Assembly: GCA_964495575.1 (NCBI GenBank)
Contig: CAZBVS010000001.1
Location: 1-61,046, forward strand
Direction: 5' to 3'
Length of the DNA: 61,046 bases
Source: an uncultured Candidatus Saccharibacteria bacterium
GTDB lineage: Bacteria; Patescibacteriota; Minisyncoccia; UBA6257; GWB1-50-10
Positions 45,249-55,648 of this stretch are shown here, one piece after another. Numbering within the stretch: the first letter of the stretch is position 1; each line of letters opens with the position of its first letter. The notes beneath the pieces were generated by a model. It did no database searches and was not told the origin of the DNA. It saw only the letters and a list, made by a program, of their open reading frames with translations. A program made the translations under genes and the position numbers.

Positions 45249-45608
45249 ATGAAATTTATCGGCAAACTTTTTATATCAGTAGTTTCTAATATTGTAGCGA
45301 TTATGGCTTCCGCCTATTTCATACAAGACTTTATTTTTGAAGGAGATTTTATAGATCTCGTTACAGCTGCTGCAGTATTTACAGTAATTAATTTACTCTT
45401 AAGACCTGTTTTAAAATTACTATTTGGTCCACTTATTGTTTTAACGTTAGGACTTTTCGTTATTGTTATAAATGCTCTCACTATATACATTCTTGACATT
45501 ATAAGTGGAAGCCTTACAATACAGGGGTACTTACCACTGATTATCGCTACTATTATATTCAGTGTTGTAAACAGCTTTATAAATATTTCAGCACGTTGGG
45601 TTAAATAA
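45249..45608 (+). CDS. DUF360/phage-holin-4-like four-helix membrane protein
   Basis: 119 aa with four hydrophobic helices; the pattern LLRPVLKLLFGPLIVLTLGLF is typical of this family, from memory. Confidence 0.5.
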   Translation: MKFIGKLFISVVSNIVAIMASAYFIQDFIFEGDFIDLVTAAAVFTVINLLLRPVLKLLFGPLIVLTLGLFVIVINALTIYILDIISGSLTIQGYLPLIIATIIFSVVNSFINISARWVK

Positions 45609-45611
45609 ATT

Positions 45612-45821
45612 ATGTTAACTATTTTACAAGTTATTGTATCCGTCGCTTTAATCGTTTTTGTTTTATTACAAGAACGAGCCAGTGGCCTTGGAGCCATGGG
45701 CGGAGGTGGTGGAGGAACCCCTTATCAAACCAGAAGGGGAATGGAAAAGTTTATATACTGGGGGACAATCGTGCTTGCCTTTGCATTTGTGGTTTTAGCT
45801 ATTCTTAATCTTGTTTATTAA
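45612..45821 (+). CDS. secG: preprotein translocase subunit SecG
   Basis: 69 aa with two helices and VLLQERASGLGAMGGGGG. Confidence 0.75.
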   Translation: MLTILQVIVSVALIVFVLLQERASGLGAMGGGGGGTPYQTRRGMEKFIYWGTIVLAFAFVVLAILNLVY

Positions 45822-45913
45822 TAAGCGTTTAAAAACAATTTTCTAATTTAGTACCATTTTTTTAATACAAGAATTTGGTAATCTTATAAATAATAAACTC
45901 TAATAATTTCTGT

Positions 45914-47554
45914 ATGAAAATTCCTAAACTTATTTTTTCCTCTTTATCAAGCTTTGAGCGTAAGCTTTTTACTGCGTTATTTGTTTTATTCTTAATAGCG
46001 GTAGCTTCTAGAGGAGTTATTGCGATTAATAAAAACAGTGATTTTGTTCCGGTAAGAGGCGGTTATTATAAAGAAGGGATTGTTGGTCAACCAACCGCTA
46101 TAAACCCAGTAATCTCTGATAAATCCGTTGATCAAGCTCTAAGTTCATTAGTCTATGCCGACATTAAAGACCTAAAGTCTAATATTGAGGTTAAGAACGG
46201 AGCAAAAACTTATATCTTAAAACTAAAAGAAGATTTAAAGTGGAGTGATAACAAACCTCTTACCAGTGATGATATTATTTTCACCATCAAAACTATTCAG
46301 AATCCTGAAATTCAGTCTCCATATTACAAAACCTGGAAAGGGATTGTGATAGAGAGAATAAGTGAGTTGCAGATTAAATTTACTCTCCCTGGACCGTATG
46401 TTTATTTCGAAGATAACATTAATAAACTACCCGTAATTCCTAAGCATATTTTTGGAGAAATTCCAGCGTCTAACATTCGACTGTCTTCGTATAATCTAGA
46501 GCCAGTATCAAGCGGCCCATATGTTTTCAAAAACTTTTCTAAAAAAAGAAATGGCTTTATAACCGAGTACCACTTTAAGATAAATAACAAGTTTGCCGGT
46601 GATAAACCATATATTAAAGATTTTTATTTCCGATTTTACAACAATAACGCTGAATTATTAAGCGATTTTAAAACAAGAAAAATAGATGGTTTTAGTATTT
46701 CTGGACTACCTGACAAAAGAGTTAAAAACCTTCCTAAAGCAGTGATTGAAAATGTTTCTATCCCTCGTTACTACGCTATCTTCTTTAACCCTAAATCAAC
46801 CTCTATCTTAAAAAATGATGAATTTCGAAAAGCTCTTTCTATCTCAATAGATCGGAAGAAACTTGCTAACGAAGTTTTATCCAATGAAACAAAAGCCTTA
46901 AATAATCTATCTGATCTTGTTGAAGAAAATTCAGTCTTACCACCTAATAAAAACAAGGCTGAAGAAATAATTTCTGATATAAAGAATGATCAAGAAGGAG
47001 ACTTAACATTTGAGATTATTGTCCCTGAAGTTGATTTTATAAAGGAAACTGCTGAATTTATAAAACAGGAGTGGGAATCAGTAGGAATTGATAATGTTCA
47101 GATTGTTTCCTTAAAGAATAATGATTTTCATGACGCGGTTATCAGAGAAAGAAACTATGAAGCTGTTGTCTTCGGAAATGTTTTAAAAAATTCTCTAGAC
47201 TTATTCCCATTTTGGCATTCCTCGGAAAGGTTTTATCCAGGATTCAATCTTTCTTTCTATTCCAACGATAAAGTAGATACTATCCTGGAAAACATTCGAC
47301 AGACAAAAGATGAAGAAAAAAGAAAAAAAGAATTTTTGGAAGCTTCTGAGATAATCCATGATGATTATCCCGCAGTATTCTTGTACTCTCTTCCTTACAC
47401 CTACGCTCACCATGAACGACTTTATGGTTTTGATTTAAGTAATGATATATCAAGTGCCAGTGATCGTTTTGAAAACGTTAATGAGTGGTATGTGACCCGA
47501 GCTAGGGTAATTAAAGAAGATAATACAGTTACTACCTCAACCTCCGCAAATTAA
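45914..47554 (+). CDS. ABC-transporter substrate-binding protein, family 5 (peptide/nickel type)
   Basis: N-terminal anchor and a size of about 545 aa. Patterns GGYYKEGIVGQPTAINPV and KWSDNKPLTSDDIIFT are typical of SBP_bac_5 proteins. Confidence 0.6.
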   Translation: MKIPKLIFSSLSSFERKLFTALFVLFLIAVASRGVIAINKNSDFVPVRGGYYKEGIVGQPTAINPVISDKSVDQALSSLVYADIKDLKSNIEVKNGAKTYILKLKEDLKWSDNKPLTSDDIIFTIKTIQNPEIQSPYYKTWKGIVIERISELQIKFTLPGPYVYFEDNINKLPVIPKHIFGEIPASNIRLSSYNLEPVSSGPYVFKNFSKKRNGFITEYHFKINNKFAGDKPYIKDFYFRFYNNNAELLSDFKTRKIDGFSISGLPDKRVKNLPKAVIENVSIPRYYAIFFNPKSTSILKNDEFRKALSISIDRKKLANEVLSNETKALNNLSDLVEENSVLPPNKNKAEEIISDIKNDQEGDLTFEIIVPEVDFIKETAEFIKQEWESVGIDNVQIVSLKNNDFHDAVIRERNYEAVVFGNVLKNSLDLFPFWHSSERFYPGFNLSFYSNDKVDTILENIRQTKDEEKRKKEFLEASEIIHDDYPAVFLYSLPYTYAHHERLYGFDLSNDISSASDRFENVNEWYVTRARVIKEDNTVTTSTSAN

Positions 47555-47561
47555 AATAAAT

Positions 47562-47646
47562 GCTCTTGTGGTGGAATTGGCAGACACGCAGCGTTCAGAT
47601 CGCTGTCCGCTTAAAGCGGGTGGAGGTTCAAATCCTTTCAAGAGCA
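47562..47646 (+). tRNA. tRNA-Leu(CAG), type II
   Basis: Acceptor gctcttg/caagagc, anticodon stem cagcg/cgctg with loop ttCAGat, variable arm ccgcttaaagcggg, T loop ttcaaat; 85 nt. Confidence 0.85.
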
Positions 47647-47696
47647 CAACTAAATTTAGTCGAAATTAATTTAAAACATTTTTAAATAAAAATAAA

Positions 47697-49499
47697 ATGT
47701 CTAAAAAACAAAAAACAAAAAAGAAAAAAAACAAAAAGGTCCATCCCAAAAATAAAATTGGGAAACCTAAAGCTATGAGAGTTACCCAGATGGAAAAGAC
47801 TAACATAAAGCCATCTATGAAAAAGAAACCTAAAGGAGAGATGGTTAGGTTCTGTGCTCTTGGTGGTCTAGAGGAGATCGGTCGTAATATGATGTTTCTT
47901 GAGTATAAAGACGAGATTCTAATTATCGATATGGGGCTTCAGTTCCCTGAAGATGAAACTCCTGGGATTGATTTCATTATCCCTAACACCAAGTATCTTG
48001 AAATGAAAAAGAAAAAGATAAAAGGAGTTATTATTACCCATGGTCATTATGATCACATTGGTGCTATTCCTTACTTACTAGATCGATTAGGAAATCCAAA
48101 GATATACACCACCGAGCTTACTAAAGAAGTGATTAAAAAAAGACAAGGAGATTTTCCAAACTCTCCTAAGCCTATTTTTGAAACAGTTAAACCCGAAGAA
48201 ACACATCAGATATCTGAAAACTTCAAGGTTGAATTTTTTGGGGTTGAACATAATATTCCAGAAGGGGTCGGTCTTCTTATCCACACCCCTATCGGAAAAG
48301 TAGTTCACCCTGGTGAATTTAAATTCGATTATGACAAAGAGGGTAATCCTAAACATCTGGATATCTGGGATAAACTAGGTGAACAAGATATCCACACTTT
48401 AATGTTAGACTCGACTGGGTCTGAGACTCCTGGTTTTTCTGTCTCGGAAAGAGTTGTTGAAGAAGAACTTGAAAAATTATTCAAAAAAGCAGAAGGTAGG
48501 ATAATTGTTAGCACCTTCTCTTCTTTATTAGACCGCCTTAAGGAAATAATAAAGATAGCAGAAAAGATGAACAAAGTTGTTGCTATCTCAGGTTACTCTA
48601 TGCAGTCCAACCTTGATATTGCTAAACGCCTTGGTTTCATAAAAACCAAGAAAGACACTCTAGTACCTTTGAAGGATATTAATAAGTATCCTGACAACAA
48701 GGTTATGATTCTCTCTACCGGAGCTCAAGGAGAAGAAAACGCTAGCTTAATGAGGATTGCTAACGGAGAACATAAACATATCTCTATCAAAGATGATGAT
48801 ACCGTAATTCTTTCCTCCTCGGTTGTCCCTGGGAACGAAAAGAGTGTTCAAGACCTCAAGGATAACCTTACCCGACAAGGAGCAAGCATCTATGATTATA
48901 AAATGCTTGATATCCACTCTTCTGGTCACGCTCCCCAAGAAGAGTTAAAAACTGTTATGAAAAAAGTAGATCCAAAGTTCTTCCTACCTATTCACGGCTT
49001 TTATTTCATGCGTAAAAGGAACGCTTTAATGGCTCAAGAAACAATAGGACTAGATCCTAAGAATACAATTTTATCTGATAACGGGTTGATTGTAGAGTTC
49101 AAGAAAGACTCCGTTGAGATCACCGGAGAGCAGGTTCCATCATCTTATGTCTTAGTGGACGGCTTAGGGGTAGGAGATATAGGAGAGGTTGTACTAAGAG
49201 ATAGACGGACTTTAGCTGAAGAAGGGATGGTTGTTCTTATTACAACAATCAGTAAGAAAAATGGAAAGGTTCTGAAAAGCCCTGATATTATATCCCGTGG
49301 CTTTGTTTATCTGAAAGATAATAAAGGGCTTCTTAATAAAGTCCGTCGAAAAATAAGAGGAATCATCGGCAGGATACCAAATCGTCAGTCTCTTGATATA
49401 GATTATGTAAAAACTCTTATCCAAGATCAGATCGGTAAGTATCTTTATAAAAGAACTAAAAGACGACCAATGATTCTTCCTGTTATTATTGAAGTTTAA
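47697..49499 (+). CDS. rnj: ribonuclease J (metallo-beta-lactamase/beta-CASP) with K-rich N-terminal extension
   Basis: HGHYDHIGAIP motif and DIHSSGHA (beta-CASP motif C region); length 600 aa. The N-terminus is MSKKQKTKKKKNKKVHPKNK. Confidence 0.9.
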   Translation: MSKKQKTKKKKNKKVHPKNKIGKPKAMRVTQMEKTNIKPSMKKKPKGEMVRFCALGGLEEIGRNMMFLEYKDEILIIDMGLQFPEDETPGIDFIIPNTKYLEMKKKKIKGVIITHGHYDHIGAIPYLLDRLGNPKIYTTELTKEVIKKRQGDFPNSPKPIFETVKPEETHQISENFKVEFFGVEHNIPEGVGLLIHTPIGKVVHPGEFKFDYDKEGNPKHLDIWDKLGEQDIHTLMLDSTGSETPGFSVSERVVEEELEKLFKKAEGRIIVSTFSSLLDRLKEIIKIAEKMNKVVAISGYSMQSNLDIAKRLGFIKTKKDTLVPLKDINKYPDNKVMILSTGAQGEENASLMRIANGEHKHISIKDDDTVILSSSVVPGNEKSVQDLKDNLTRQGASIYDYKMLDIHSSGHAPQEELKTVMKKVDPKFFLPIHGFYFMRKRNALMAQETIGLDPKNTILSDNGLIVEFKKDSVEITGEQVPSSYVLVDGLGVGDIGEVVLRDRRTLAEEGMVVLITTISKKNGKVLKSPDIISRGFVYLKDNKGLLNKVRRKIRGIIGRIPNRQSLDIDYVKTLIQDQIGKYLYKRTKRRPMILPVIIEV

Positions 49500-49508
49500 T
49501 TTTATATT

Positions 49509-49537
49509 TTGATTTTCTTGGAGATGAAGGCTAAAAT
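49509..49537 (+). promoter_or_regulatory. candidate trpS promoter (TTGATT-17-TAAAAT), -10 box 9 nt from the ATG
   Basis: Hexamers and spacing read directly. Confidence 0.4.
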
Positions 49538-49546
49538 AAAATCATC

Positions 49547-50521
49547 ATGAGTAAACCCATTTTAATATCAGGAATTCAGCCTACTGGGCGTCTTCATGTT
49601 GGAAATTATCTTGGAGCAATTAAAAATTTTAAAAAACTTCAAGATTCAGGTGATTACCAACCTTATTTTTTCGTGGCTGACCTCCATTCATTAACTACTG
49701 AATTCGATCCTAACGAAAAACGAGACCAGGTTAGAGAGATAATAAGAACTTACCTTAAAGCTGGTCTTGATCCAAAAGAATCAACTATTTTCGTTCAGTC
49801 TGAGATTCCTCCTAACGTTGAGCTAAGCTGGATTCTTTCCACAGTTACTCCTTACGGAATGCTTTCCCGAATGACTCAGTTTAAGAAGAAAAGTAAAAAT
49901 CAAAAAAACAATATTAACGCCGGCCTATTCTTCTATCCTGTATTAATGGCAGCGGATATTGTTTTATATGATGCTCAGTACGTTCCTGTAGGAGAAGATC
50001 AGATTCAACACCTCGAATTTACCAGAGAGATAGTGAGAAAATTTAATAACCGGTACGGTGATATCTTTAAAGAACCTGAAGAGCTACTGACTCATACTTC
50101 AAGGTTAATGAGCCTTACTGATCCAGAAAACAAAATGTCCAAATCTTCCCCTAAAGGATGTCTATTCCTTGATGATTCGCCTAAAGAGATAAAGAAAAAG
50201 ATTATGTCTGCCGTAACTGATTCCGGCAAAGAGATAAAGTATGACGAAAAGAATAAAAAGGCAGTTTCCAACTTGATGAATATTTACCACGCTTTTTCTG
50301 GTAAAAAGATAAAAGAAATTGAAAAAGAGTTTGAAGGAAAAGGATACGGTGATTTTAAAAAGACTTTAGCAGAACTAGTTACTAAAAAGCTGGAACCGTT
50401 CCGTGAAGAAAAATACTCGGATAAAGAAATTGAAAAAATAATTAAACAAGGGAATAAAAAAGCTTTAAAAAGAGCAGATAAGAAGATTAAAAAAGTCAAA
50501 AAAGCTCTAGGTTTGTTGTAA
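49547..50521 (+). CDS. trpS: tryptophan--tRNA ligase
   Basis: SGIQPTGRLHVGNYLGA (HIGH-type motif) and KMSKS. Confidence 0.95.
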   Translation: MSKPILISGIQPTGRLHVGNYLGAIKNFKKLQDSGDYQPYFFVADLHSLTTEFDPNEKRDQVREIIRTYLKAGLDPKESTIFVQSEIPPNVELSWILSTVTPYGMLSRMTQFKKKSKNQKNNINAGLFFYPVLMAADIVLYDAQYVPVGEDQIQHLEFTREIVRKFNNRYGDIFKEPEELLTHTSRLMSLTDPENKMSKSSPKGCLFLDDSPKEIKKKIMSAVTDSGKEIKYDEKNKKAVSNLMNIYHAFSGKKIKEIEKEFEGKGYGDFKKTLAELVTKKLEPFREEKYSDKEIEKIIKQGNKKALKRADKKIKKVKKALGLL

Positions 50522-50542
50522 ATAAAAATAAATAAAAATATT

Positions 50543-50563
50543 CCCCAGCAAATAATGCTGGGG
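50543..50563. terminator. hairpin terminator shared by trpS (+) and the convergent small RNA (-)
   Basis: ccccagca-aataa-tgctgggg. The T-run is better on the minus strand (aatattttt). Confidence 0.6.
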
Positions 50564-50580
50564 GGTCTTAATTTTTAAAA

Positions 50581-50679
50581 GAAGCCTTACGTGGCAGCAC
50601 AGGGATTCGAACCCTGCAACGACCTTGTTATTCTCGGCCGCACCTGCTGACAGCGCCAGCTTAACTGCCTTGCTTCGCT
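50581..50679 (-). ncRNA. tRNA-like small RNA with canonical T-arm, own strong promoter and terminator; not a standard tRNA
   Basis: Minus strand: GAAGCAAGGCAG...CUGCCACGUAAGGCUUC closing helix, hairpin GCUG-GCGCUGU-CAGC, arm GCGGCC-11nt-GGUCGU, and T-arm CAGGG-UUCGAAU-CCCUG (50600-50616). No anticodon arm can be drawn. Confidence 0.5.
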
Positions 50680-50685
50680 ATATTG

Positions 50686-50713
50686 ATTATATCACTTTTT
50701 TATCTCAAGTCAA
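50686..50713 (-). promoter_or_regulatory. strong promoter (TTGACT-16-TATAAT) driving the tRNA-like RNA
   Basis: Hexamers read on the minus strand; the -10 box ends about 7 nt before the RNA core. Confidence 0.6.
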
Positions 50714-50785
50714 CAGTGTGACAGATAAGCAAGTATCAAAAAAACCGGCCCTCAAAGGCCGGTTTTTTATATAGAAGCTTGCTTT

Positions 50786-51871
50786 TTATTCTACAAACTT
50801 CAAGTTTATCCTTTTGTCTTCTTTATTCACCTCTTTAATCTCAAAGGTGTAAGTCTCTTCTTTGTCAATCTTTTCTTTCATCTCTTCCTCTCCGCCAAAC
50901 TCTGTTACGTGAACCTGTCCTTGAATCTCGTCATCAAGCTTTATTACAGCCCCAAAAGGATTTAAGCTATACACCTCTCCTTCAACCCCGTCTCCTTCTT
51001 TGTATCTTTCTTCAACCTCGTCCCAAGGATCTTTTTCAAGAGCCTTTAGGGATAGTGATATCTTTCCGTCTTTTATCTCAATAATCTTTGCTTTTATTTC
51101 ATCATCCATACTTACTACCTCTTTAGGGTTGTCAATAATTCTGTGAGCAAGCTCTGAGATATGAATTAATCCTTCTACATCAGGATTATCGGTAAACTGG
51201 ATAAACACTCCGAAATCAGCTATTCCGGTTACTATTCCCCCTACTATCTGGCCTTCTTCATAATCTTTTACTAGTTCTTTAGAGCTTAGCTTGTTGGCTG
51301 CTTTTTCAGAAACAATTAGTTTGTTAGATTTTTGGTTTGCGTCAATTATCTTTACCTCAAGTTTTTCTCCAACAAGTTTTTCAAGCTCTTTTTCAATTTT
51401 CTTAGGGTCGTTGTCTTCAATATCGGGATAATTTTCAGAAGTTAACTGAGAAGCTGGTAAGAAAGCTTGCACATTTTCTATCTTAGTTAACAAACCTCCT
51501 TTGTTAGCGCTGTAAGGTTTTGTTTCGATGACTTCTTCTTTTTCGTATAGCTCATTTATCTTCAACCAGTTTTTCTGCCTTTCTGCCTCTGAAAGGGATA
51601 GCTCAACCAACCCTTCATCGTTATTTGCTTTTACAACCTTTGCTTGAATAGCATCACCCACCTCTGATTCTTTGACGACGTTCTTTGCTCCAAGTAATTC
51701 TCCACGGTAAATGATACCGGTGCCAAATTTTCCTAAATCAACCATTACCTCTCTTGAGCTCTTTTCAATGATCTTTCCTTCTACTAAATCACCCGGCTTC
51801 AAGAATGCAAAAACATCGGGGTTGTCTTTAATAAACTTTATAAATGGATTTGTATTTGGTTTTGTTGTCAT
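50786..51871 (-). CDS. rpsA: 30S ribosomal protein S1 (four S1 domains)
   Basis: Repeated S1 OB-fold signatures (GDLVEGKIIEK, GDAIQAKVVK, GQIVGGIVTGIADFGVFIQF, GDGVEGEVYSLNPFGAVIKL). Confidence 0.85.
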   Translation of the reverse strand: MTTKPNTNPFIKFIKDNPDVFAFLKPGDLVEGKIIEKSSREVMVDLGKFGTGIIYRGELLGAKNVVKESEVGDAIQAKVVKANNDEGLVELSLSEAERQKNWLKINELYEKEEVIETKPYSANKGGLLTKIENVQAFLPASQLTSENYPDIEDNDPKKIEKELEKLVGEKLEVKIIDANQKSNKLIVSEKAANKLSSKELVKDYEEGQIVGGIVTGIADFGVFIQFTDNPDVEGLIHISELAHRIIDNPKEVVSMDDEIKAKIIEIKDGKISLSLKALEKDPWDEVEERYKEGDGVEGEVYSLNPFGAVIKLDDEIQGQVHVTEFGGEEEMKEKIDKEETYTFEIKEVNKEDKRINLKFVE

Positions 51872-52125
51872 AGTTTTATATATCGAAGCCCATAGCCTCG
51901 GTGAACTACATATATAATGTGTAAATTCACTTCAAGTATTGTATACCAAACTTTTTAAAAAGCCAAATTTTTATGAATCTATATAAATTATATTCTTTTT
52001 TTCACTTGAAAATATGAGCCTATAATGTGATAATTAAGGTAAGTTAACAGGGGTGCCTCGTGCGTCAACGATGACAGCAATGTCATCGAAATTTTATGGA
52101 TACCCGTTAAAATTTTTATTTTTTT

Positions 52126-52698
52126 ATGATAATAACTTATCAAGACGACAATTATTTCAAGCTTCAATCAGGGGACGACACTATATTAGTAGATCCGACA
52201 GATCAGAGATCTTTTCGAGGAGCAAACATAGTTTTGAACACTAAAAAACCTGCTGTTACCGAAGAACCTTCCTCAGAAGAAGAGATATTTTGGGTAGATC
52301 ACAGCGGTGAATATGAGATAGGAGGAACCAGGATTAACGGATGGCAATCCTCTTCAAACGATGAAGAAAAAACAATTTACCGTGTAGATTTTGAAGGATT
52401 TCGGGTAGTTATCTTCGGGTTTTTAGAAGAAGTGCCTGAAGAAGAGCTTCAAGAACATTTAACAGACGTAGACATTGTAATATGTCCTGCCGGAGGAGAC
52501 AGCCTTGTTAAACCTAACAAAATAGCCAAGTTTATTCGTCAGATTGAACCTGGCCTTATTATCCCTTCCTTCTCTAAGGATCTGAAAAGCTTTTTAAACG
52601 AGTTTAACACCAAAGATTGCAAGGAAGAAGAAAAAATTGTTTTAAGGAAGAACGATGTTAAGAAGGGGGAGATGGAAGTACGTTGTTTAAAAAGTTAA
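52126..52698 (+). CDS. hypothetical protein (faint resemblance to MBL-fold UPF0173-type proteins; no His motif)
   Basis: The N-terminus MIITYQDDNYFKLQSGDDTILVDP resembles MBL-fold starts, but HxHxDH is absent. It follows a TATAAT at 52021 and a leader of about 100 nt containing the hairpin gatgaca-gca-tgtcatc. Confidence 0.5.
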   Translation: MIITYQDDNYFKLQSGDDTILVDPTDQRSFRGANIVLNTKKPAVTEEPSSEEEIFWVDHSGEYEIGGTRINGWQSSSNDEEKTIYRVDFEGFRVVIFGFLEEVPEEELQEHLTDVDIVICPAGGDSLVKPNKIAKFIRQIEPGLIIPSFSKDLKSFLNEFNTKDCKEEEKIVLRKNDVKKGEMEVRCLKS

Positions 52699-52699
52699 G

Positions 52700-53119
52700 A
52701 TGTCCTTTGTTGAAAAAACAAAAAATATAATAAAAGGAATAACTAGAAAGATCAGAAAAATTAGACGCTCTGATCAGAAAACAAAAAGAAACTGGTTGAT
52801 TCTAAGCACCGCTGTAGCCACGATCTTAATAATAGGGTTATGGGTCTGGTATATAAATTTTACTGTCTCTGGTATCTCTGGTATAAACAAAGAGGCTAAT
52901 GATTCTGAGGTTGGTAACATTGAATCAGAACCAAATAAATCTGGAGTTATTAATATCTTTGTTAGAGGTTTCGTAGTTATTAAAGATGCCGTAGCTCAAA
53001 GATTTAAAGGAATGTTTACGGAAGTAAATTCTTTAATTAAAAGAACAAAAGATAGTTTTAATAATGTAAAAGAATACACTCCGGAGGCTTCAAGTAGTAT
53101 TCCTTTTGAAACACAATAA
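52700..53119 (+). CDS. membrane-anchored hypothetical protein
   Basis: Basic N-terminus and transmembrane helix [21 protein letters not shown]. Tightly packed between the neighbouring genes. Confidence 0.5.
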   Translation: MSFVEKTKNIIKGITRKIRKIRRSDQKTKRNWLILSTAVATILIIGLWVWYINFTVSGISGINKEANDSEVGNIESEPNKSGVINIFVRGFVVIKDAVAQRFKGMFTEVNSLIKRTKDSFNNVKEYTPEASSSIPFETQ

Positions 53120-53121
53120 AC

Positions 53122-55605
53122 ATGTCTAAGAAAAAAAAGAAAAAATCAAATAAAAAAGAAGACAAGAAGCCTGAAAGTGAGATAAGAGTTTCTAAAATCA
53201 CAGAAGAGCTTCAAGAATCATACATTGATTACGCAATGTCTGTCATTGTCTCTCGAGCCATCCCTGATATCCGGGATGGTCTCAAACCTGTCCAAAGAAG
53301 AATTCTTTGGGCAATGTGGGATGATAACTTAACTTATAAATCTAAGTTTAGAAAATCAGCTAATGTTGTTGGTCAGGTTCTTGGACGTTATCACCCTCAT
53401 GGAGACTCCGCCGTGTACGACGCTATGGCTCGAATGGCTCAGGATTTCTCTCTTCGGTACCCTCTAATAGATGGGCAAGGTAACTGGGGATCCATTGACG
53501 GAGACAGCCAGGCTGCTATGCGATATACCGAGTGTCGATTAACAAAGATATCCGGTGAACTTTTAAAAAACATTGAGAAGGATACCGTTGATTGGCAGGC
53601 TAACTACGATAACACTAGGCAGGAACCCAAGTTTCTGCCGGCTAAGCTCCCTGGTTTGCTGTTAAACGGAACTATGGGGATCGCTGTAGGTATGGCCACT
53701 AGTATTCCTCCCCATAACCTTTCTGAGATAATTGATGCTACCAAACATTTAATTAAAAACCCTGATGCAACTGTAAAAGAGTTAATGCGGTATCTTCCAG
53801 GGCCTGATTTTCCAACCGGAGGAGAGATATATGAAGCTGAAGAGCTAGAAAAAGCGTATTCTACAGGCCGAGGTTCTGTAGTTATTCGCGCTGTTACCGA
53901 TGTCGAAAAAAGAAAGAAGCACATGACGATCGTTGTAGATGAAATTCCTTACCAAGTTAACAAAGCCCGGTTGATTGAAAAAATAGCCAACCTAGTTAAG
54001 GACAAAAAGATTCAGGGGATAAAAGATGTTCGTGATGAATCAGGCCGAGATGGGATGAGGATTGCTATTGAGTTGAAACAAAGCGTAAATCCTCAAAGAA
54101 TCCTTAATCAACTTTATAAAAACACCCGACTTCAAACCAAGTTCCACTTTAATATGGTGGCTTTAGTTGATGGAATCCAGCCTCAGGTAGTTTCTTTAAA
54201 AGATATTCTCTCAGAATATATTAAGCATCGAAAGAAAACTATCACCCGAAGATTAAAGTACCGACTTAAAAAAGCAGAGGACAGAGCCCACATATTAGAA
54301 GGATTGGTGGTAGCGTTGGATGATATAGATGCTGTTATAAAAACAATTAAAAAATCTGAGAACAGGAAAAAGGCTCATAAAAACTTAGTTAAAAAATTTG
54401 ATCTTTCTAAGGTTCAAGCCGATGCTATTTTAAACATGAAGCTTCAGAGCCTTGCTTCCTTGGAAGCTAAGAAGATTAAAGATGAACTAGAAGAAAAGAA
54501 AGAACTTATCAAAGAGCTTAAAACCATCCTTAAAAGCGATCAGAAAATTCTTGATATTATTATTGAAGAGCTTGATGAAATTAAAGAAGAGTATGGTGAC
54601 GAAAGGAAAACTAAAATGGTTGAAGGTTCTCTCAAAGAATTTAAAAAAGAAGACTTTATTCCTCAGAAAGAAGCTGTCATTCTCCTTACTAATGACGGAT
54701 ACATTAAAAGAATGACTCCTAAATCCTTCCGTCTTCAAGGCAGAGGAGGCCGTGGTCTTAAGGGTCTAAACCTCAAAGAAGAAGATAAGGTATCTAAACT
54801 ATTAGTAGCAAACACGCATGATGATATTCTTTTCTTCACCGACAGTGGGAATGTTTTCAAAACCCGGGTATATGAAATACCAAAATCATCCCGAACCGCC
54901 AAAGGTAAATTGGTCCACACCTTTCTTGGTCTCTCAGATGATGATAAAATCACCGCTGTCCTAGCGTATAACAGTGAAGAAAAGGAAGATGATGAGAAAT
55001 ACTTTGTCATGGGTACCGAGAACGGAATGGTAAAGAAGACCAAAATATCAGAGTTTGAAAACGTAAGAAGTACCGGAATAATTGCAGTTGGTCTTAAGGA
55101 TGATGATACTCTTCGCTGGGTAAAACGTTCTACCGGAGATGACGATTTCTTGTTTGTAACTAAAAACGGCCAGTCAATCAGATTTAGCGAAGATGAGGTT
55201 AGAGCAATGGGTCGTACCGCTTCTGGAGTAAAGGCGGTTGATCTGAAGAATAAGGATAAGGTTACTGGTTTTGTAGTAATTGACGAAGGAAAAAACAATA
55301 AAGATCAAAAGCTATTGGTAATTACAGAAAACGGATATGGTAAGAAAACTCCTATTAAAGAATATAAAACTCAGCGTCGTGGTGGAAAAGGAGTGGCTAC
55401 TGCTAAAACAACTAAGAAAACCGGTTCTTTGGCTGCCGCAAGCTTAATCGATAAAGAAGTGGATGACGTTATAGCTTTCACTGAAAAAGGTTTAGTTATT
55501 AAAACAGAGATAAAAGATATTCGCACCAGTGGACGCTCTACTCAAGGGGTGAAAATAATGAACGTAAATGACGATGATTCCTTGGTAGGCATCTTTTGTT
55601 CATAA
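53122..55605 (+). CDS. gyrA: DNA gyrase subunit A with K-rich N-terminal extension
   Basis: [14 protein letters not shown], active-site region [11 protein letters not shown]-terminal beta-pinwheel repeats. The N-terminus is [18 protein letters not shown]. Confidence 0.95.
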   Translation: MSKKKKKKSNKKEDKKPESEIRVSKITEELQESYIDYAMSVIVSRAIPDIRDGLKPVQRRILWAMWDDNLTYKSKFRKSANVVGQVLGRYHPHGDSAVYDAMARMAQDFSLRYPLIDGQGNWGSIDGDSQAAMRYTECRLTKISGELLKNIEKDTVDWQANYDNTRQEPKFLPAKLPGLLLNGTMGIAVGMATSIPPHNLSEIIDATKHLIKNPDATVKELMRYLPGPDFPTGGEIYEAEELEKAYSTGRGSVVIRAVTDVEKRKKHMTIVVDEIPYQVNKARLIEKIANLVKDKKIQGIKDVRDESGRDGMRIAIELKQSVNPQRILNQLYKNTRLQTKFHFNMVALVDGIQPQVVSLKDILSEYIKHRKKTITRRLKYRLKKAEDRAHILEGLVVALDDIDAVIKTIKKSENRKKAHKNLVKKFDLSKVQADAILNMKLQSLASLEAKKIKDELEEKKELIKELKTILKSDQKILDIIIEELDEIKEEYGDERKTKMVEGSLKEFKKEDFIPQKEAVILLTNDGYIKRMTPKSFRLQGRGGRGLKGLNLKEEDKVSKLLVANTHDDILFFTDSGNVFKTRVYEIPKSSRTAKGKLVHTFLGLSDDDKITAVLAYNSEEKEDDEKYFVMGTENGMVKKTKISEFENVRSTGIIAVGLKDDDTLRWVKRSTGDDDFLFVTKNGQSIRFSEDEVRAMGRTASGVKAVDLKNKDKVTGFVVIDEGKNNKDQKLLVITENGYGKKTPIKEYKTQRRGGKGVATAKTTKKTGSLAAASLIDKEVDDVIAFTEKGLVIKTEIKDIRTSGRSTQGVKIMNVNDDDSLVGIFCS

Positions 55606-55648
55606 CTTTATTTCGTTTTCTTTCGAAATTAGTTTAGAATAATTATAT

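Noticed and set aside
52053-52244. 63-aa ORF overlapping the start of the 52126-52698 gene.
   Set aside because: It is in a different frame from the longer ORF and covers a structured leader hairpin (gatgaca-gca-tgtcatc). It has no independent signals.
850-55298. Numerous antisense or alternate-frame ORFs of 60-190 aa in the track, such as 850-1311, 7301-7621, 8282-8614, 27532-27867, 30022-30405, 45314-45697, 53604-53924 and 54735-55298.
   Set aside because: Each lies entirely within a longer ORF on the opposite strand or another frame that has clear family motifs. Their translations are low-complexity S/L/F/I-rich, as expected from antisense AT-rich coding DNA.
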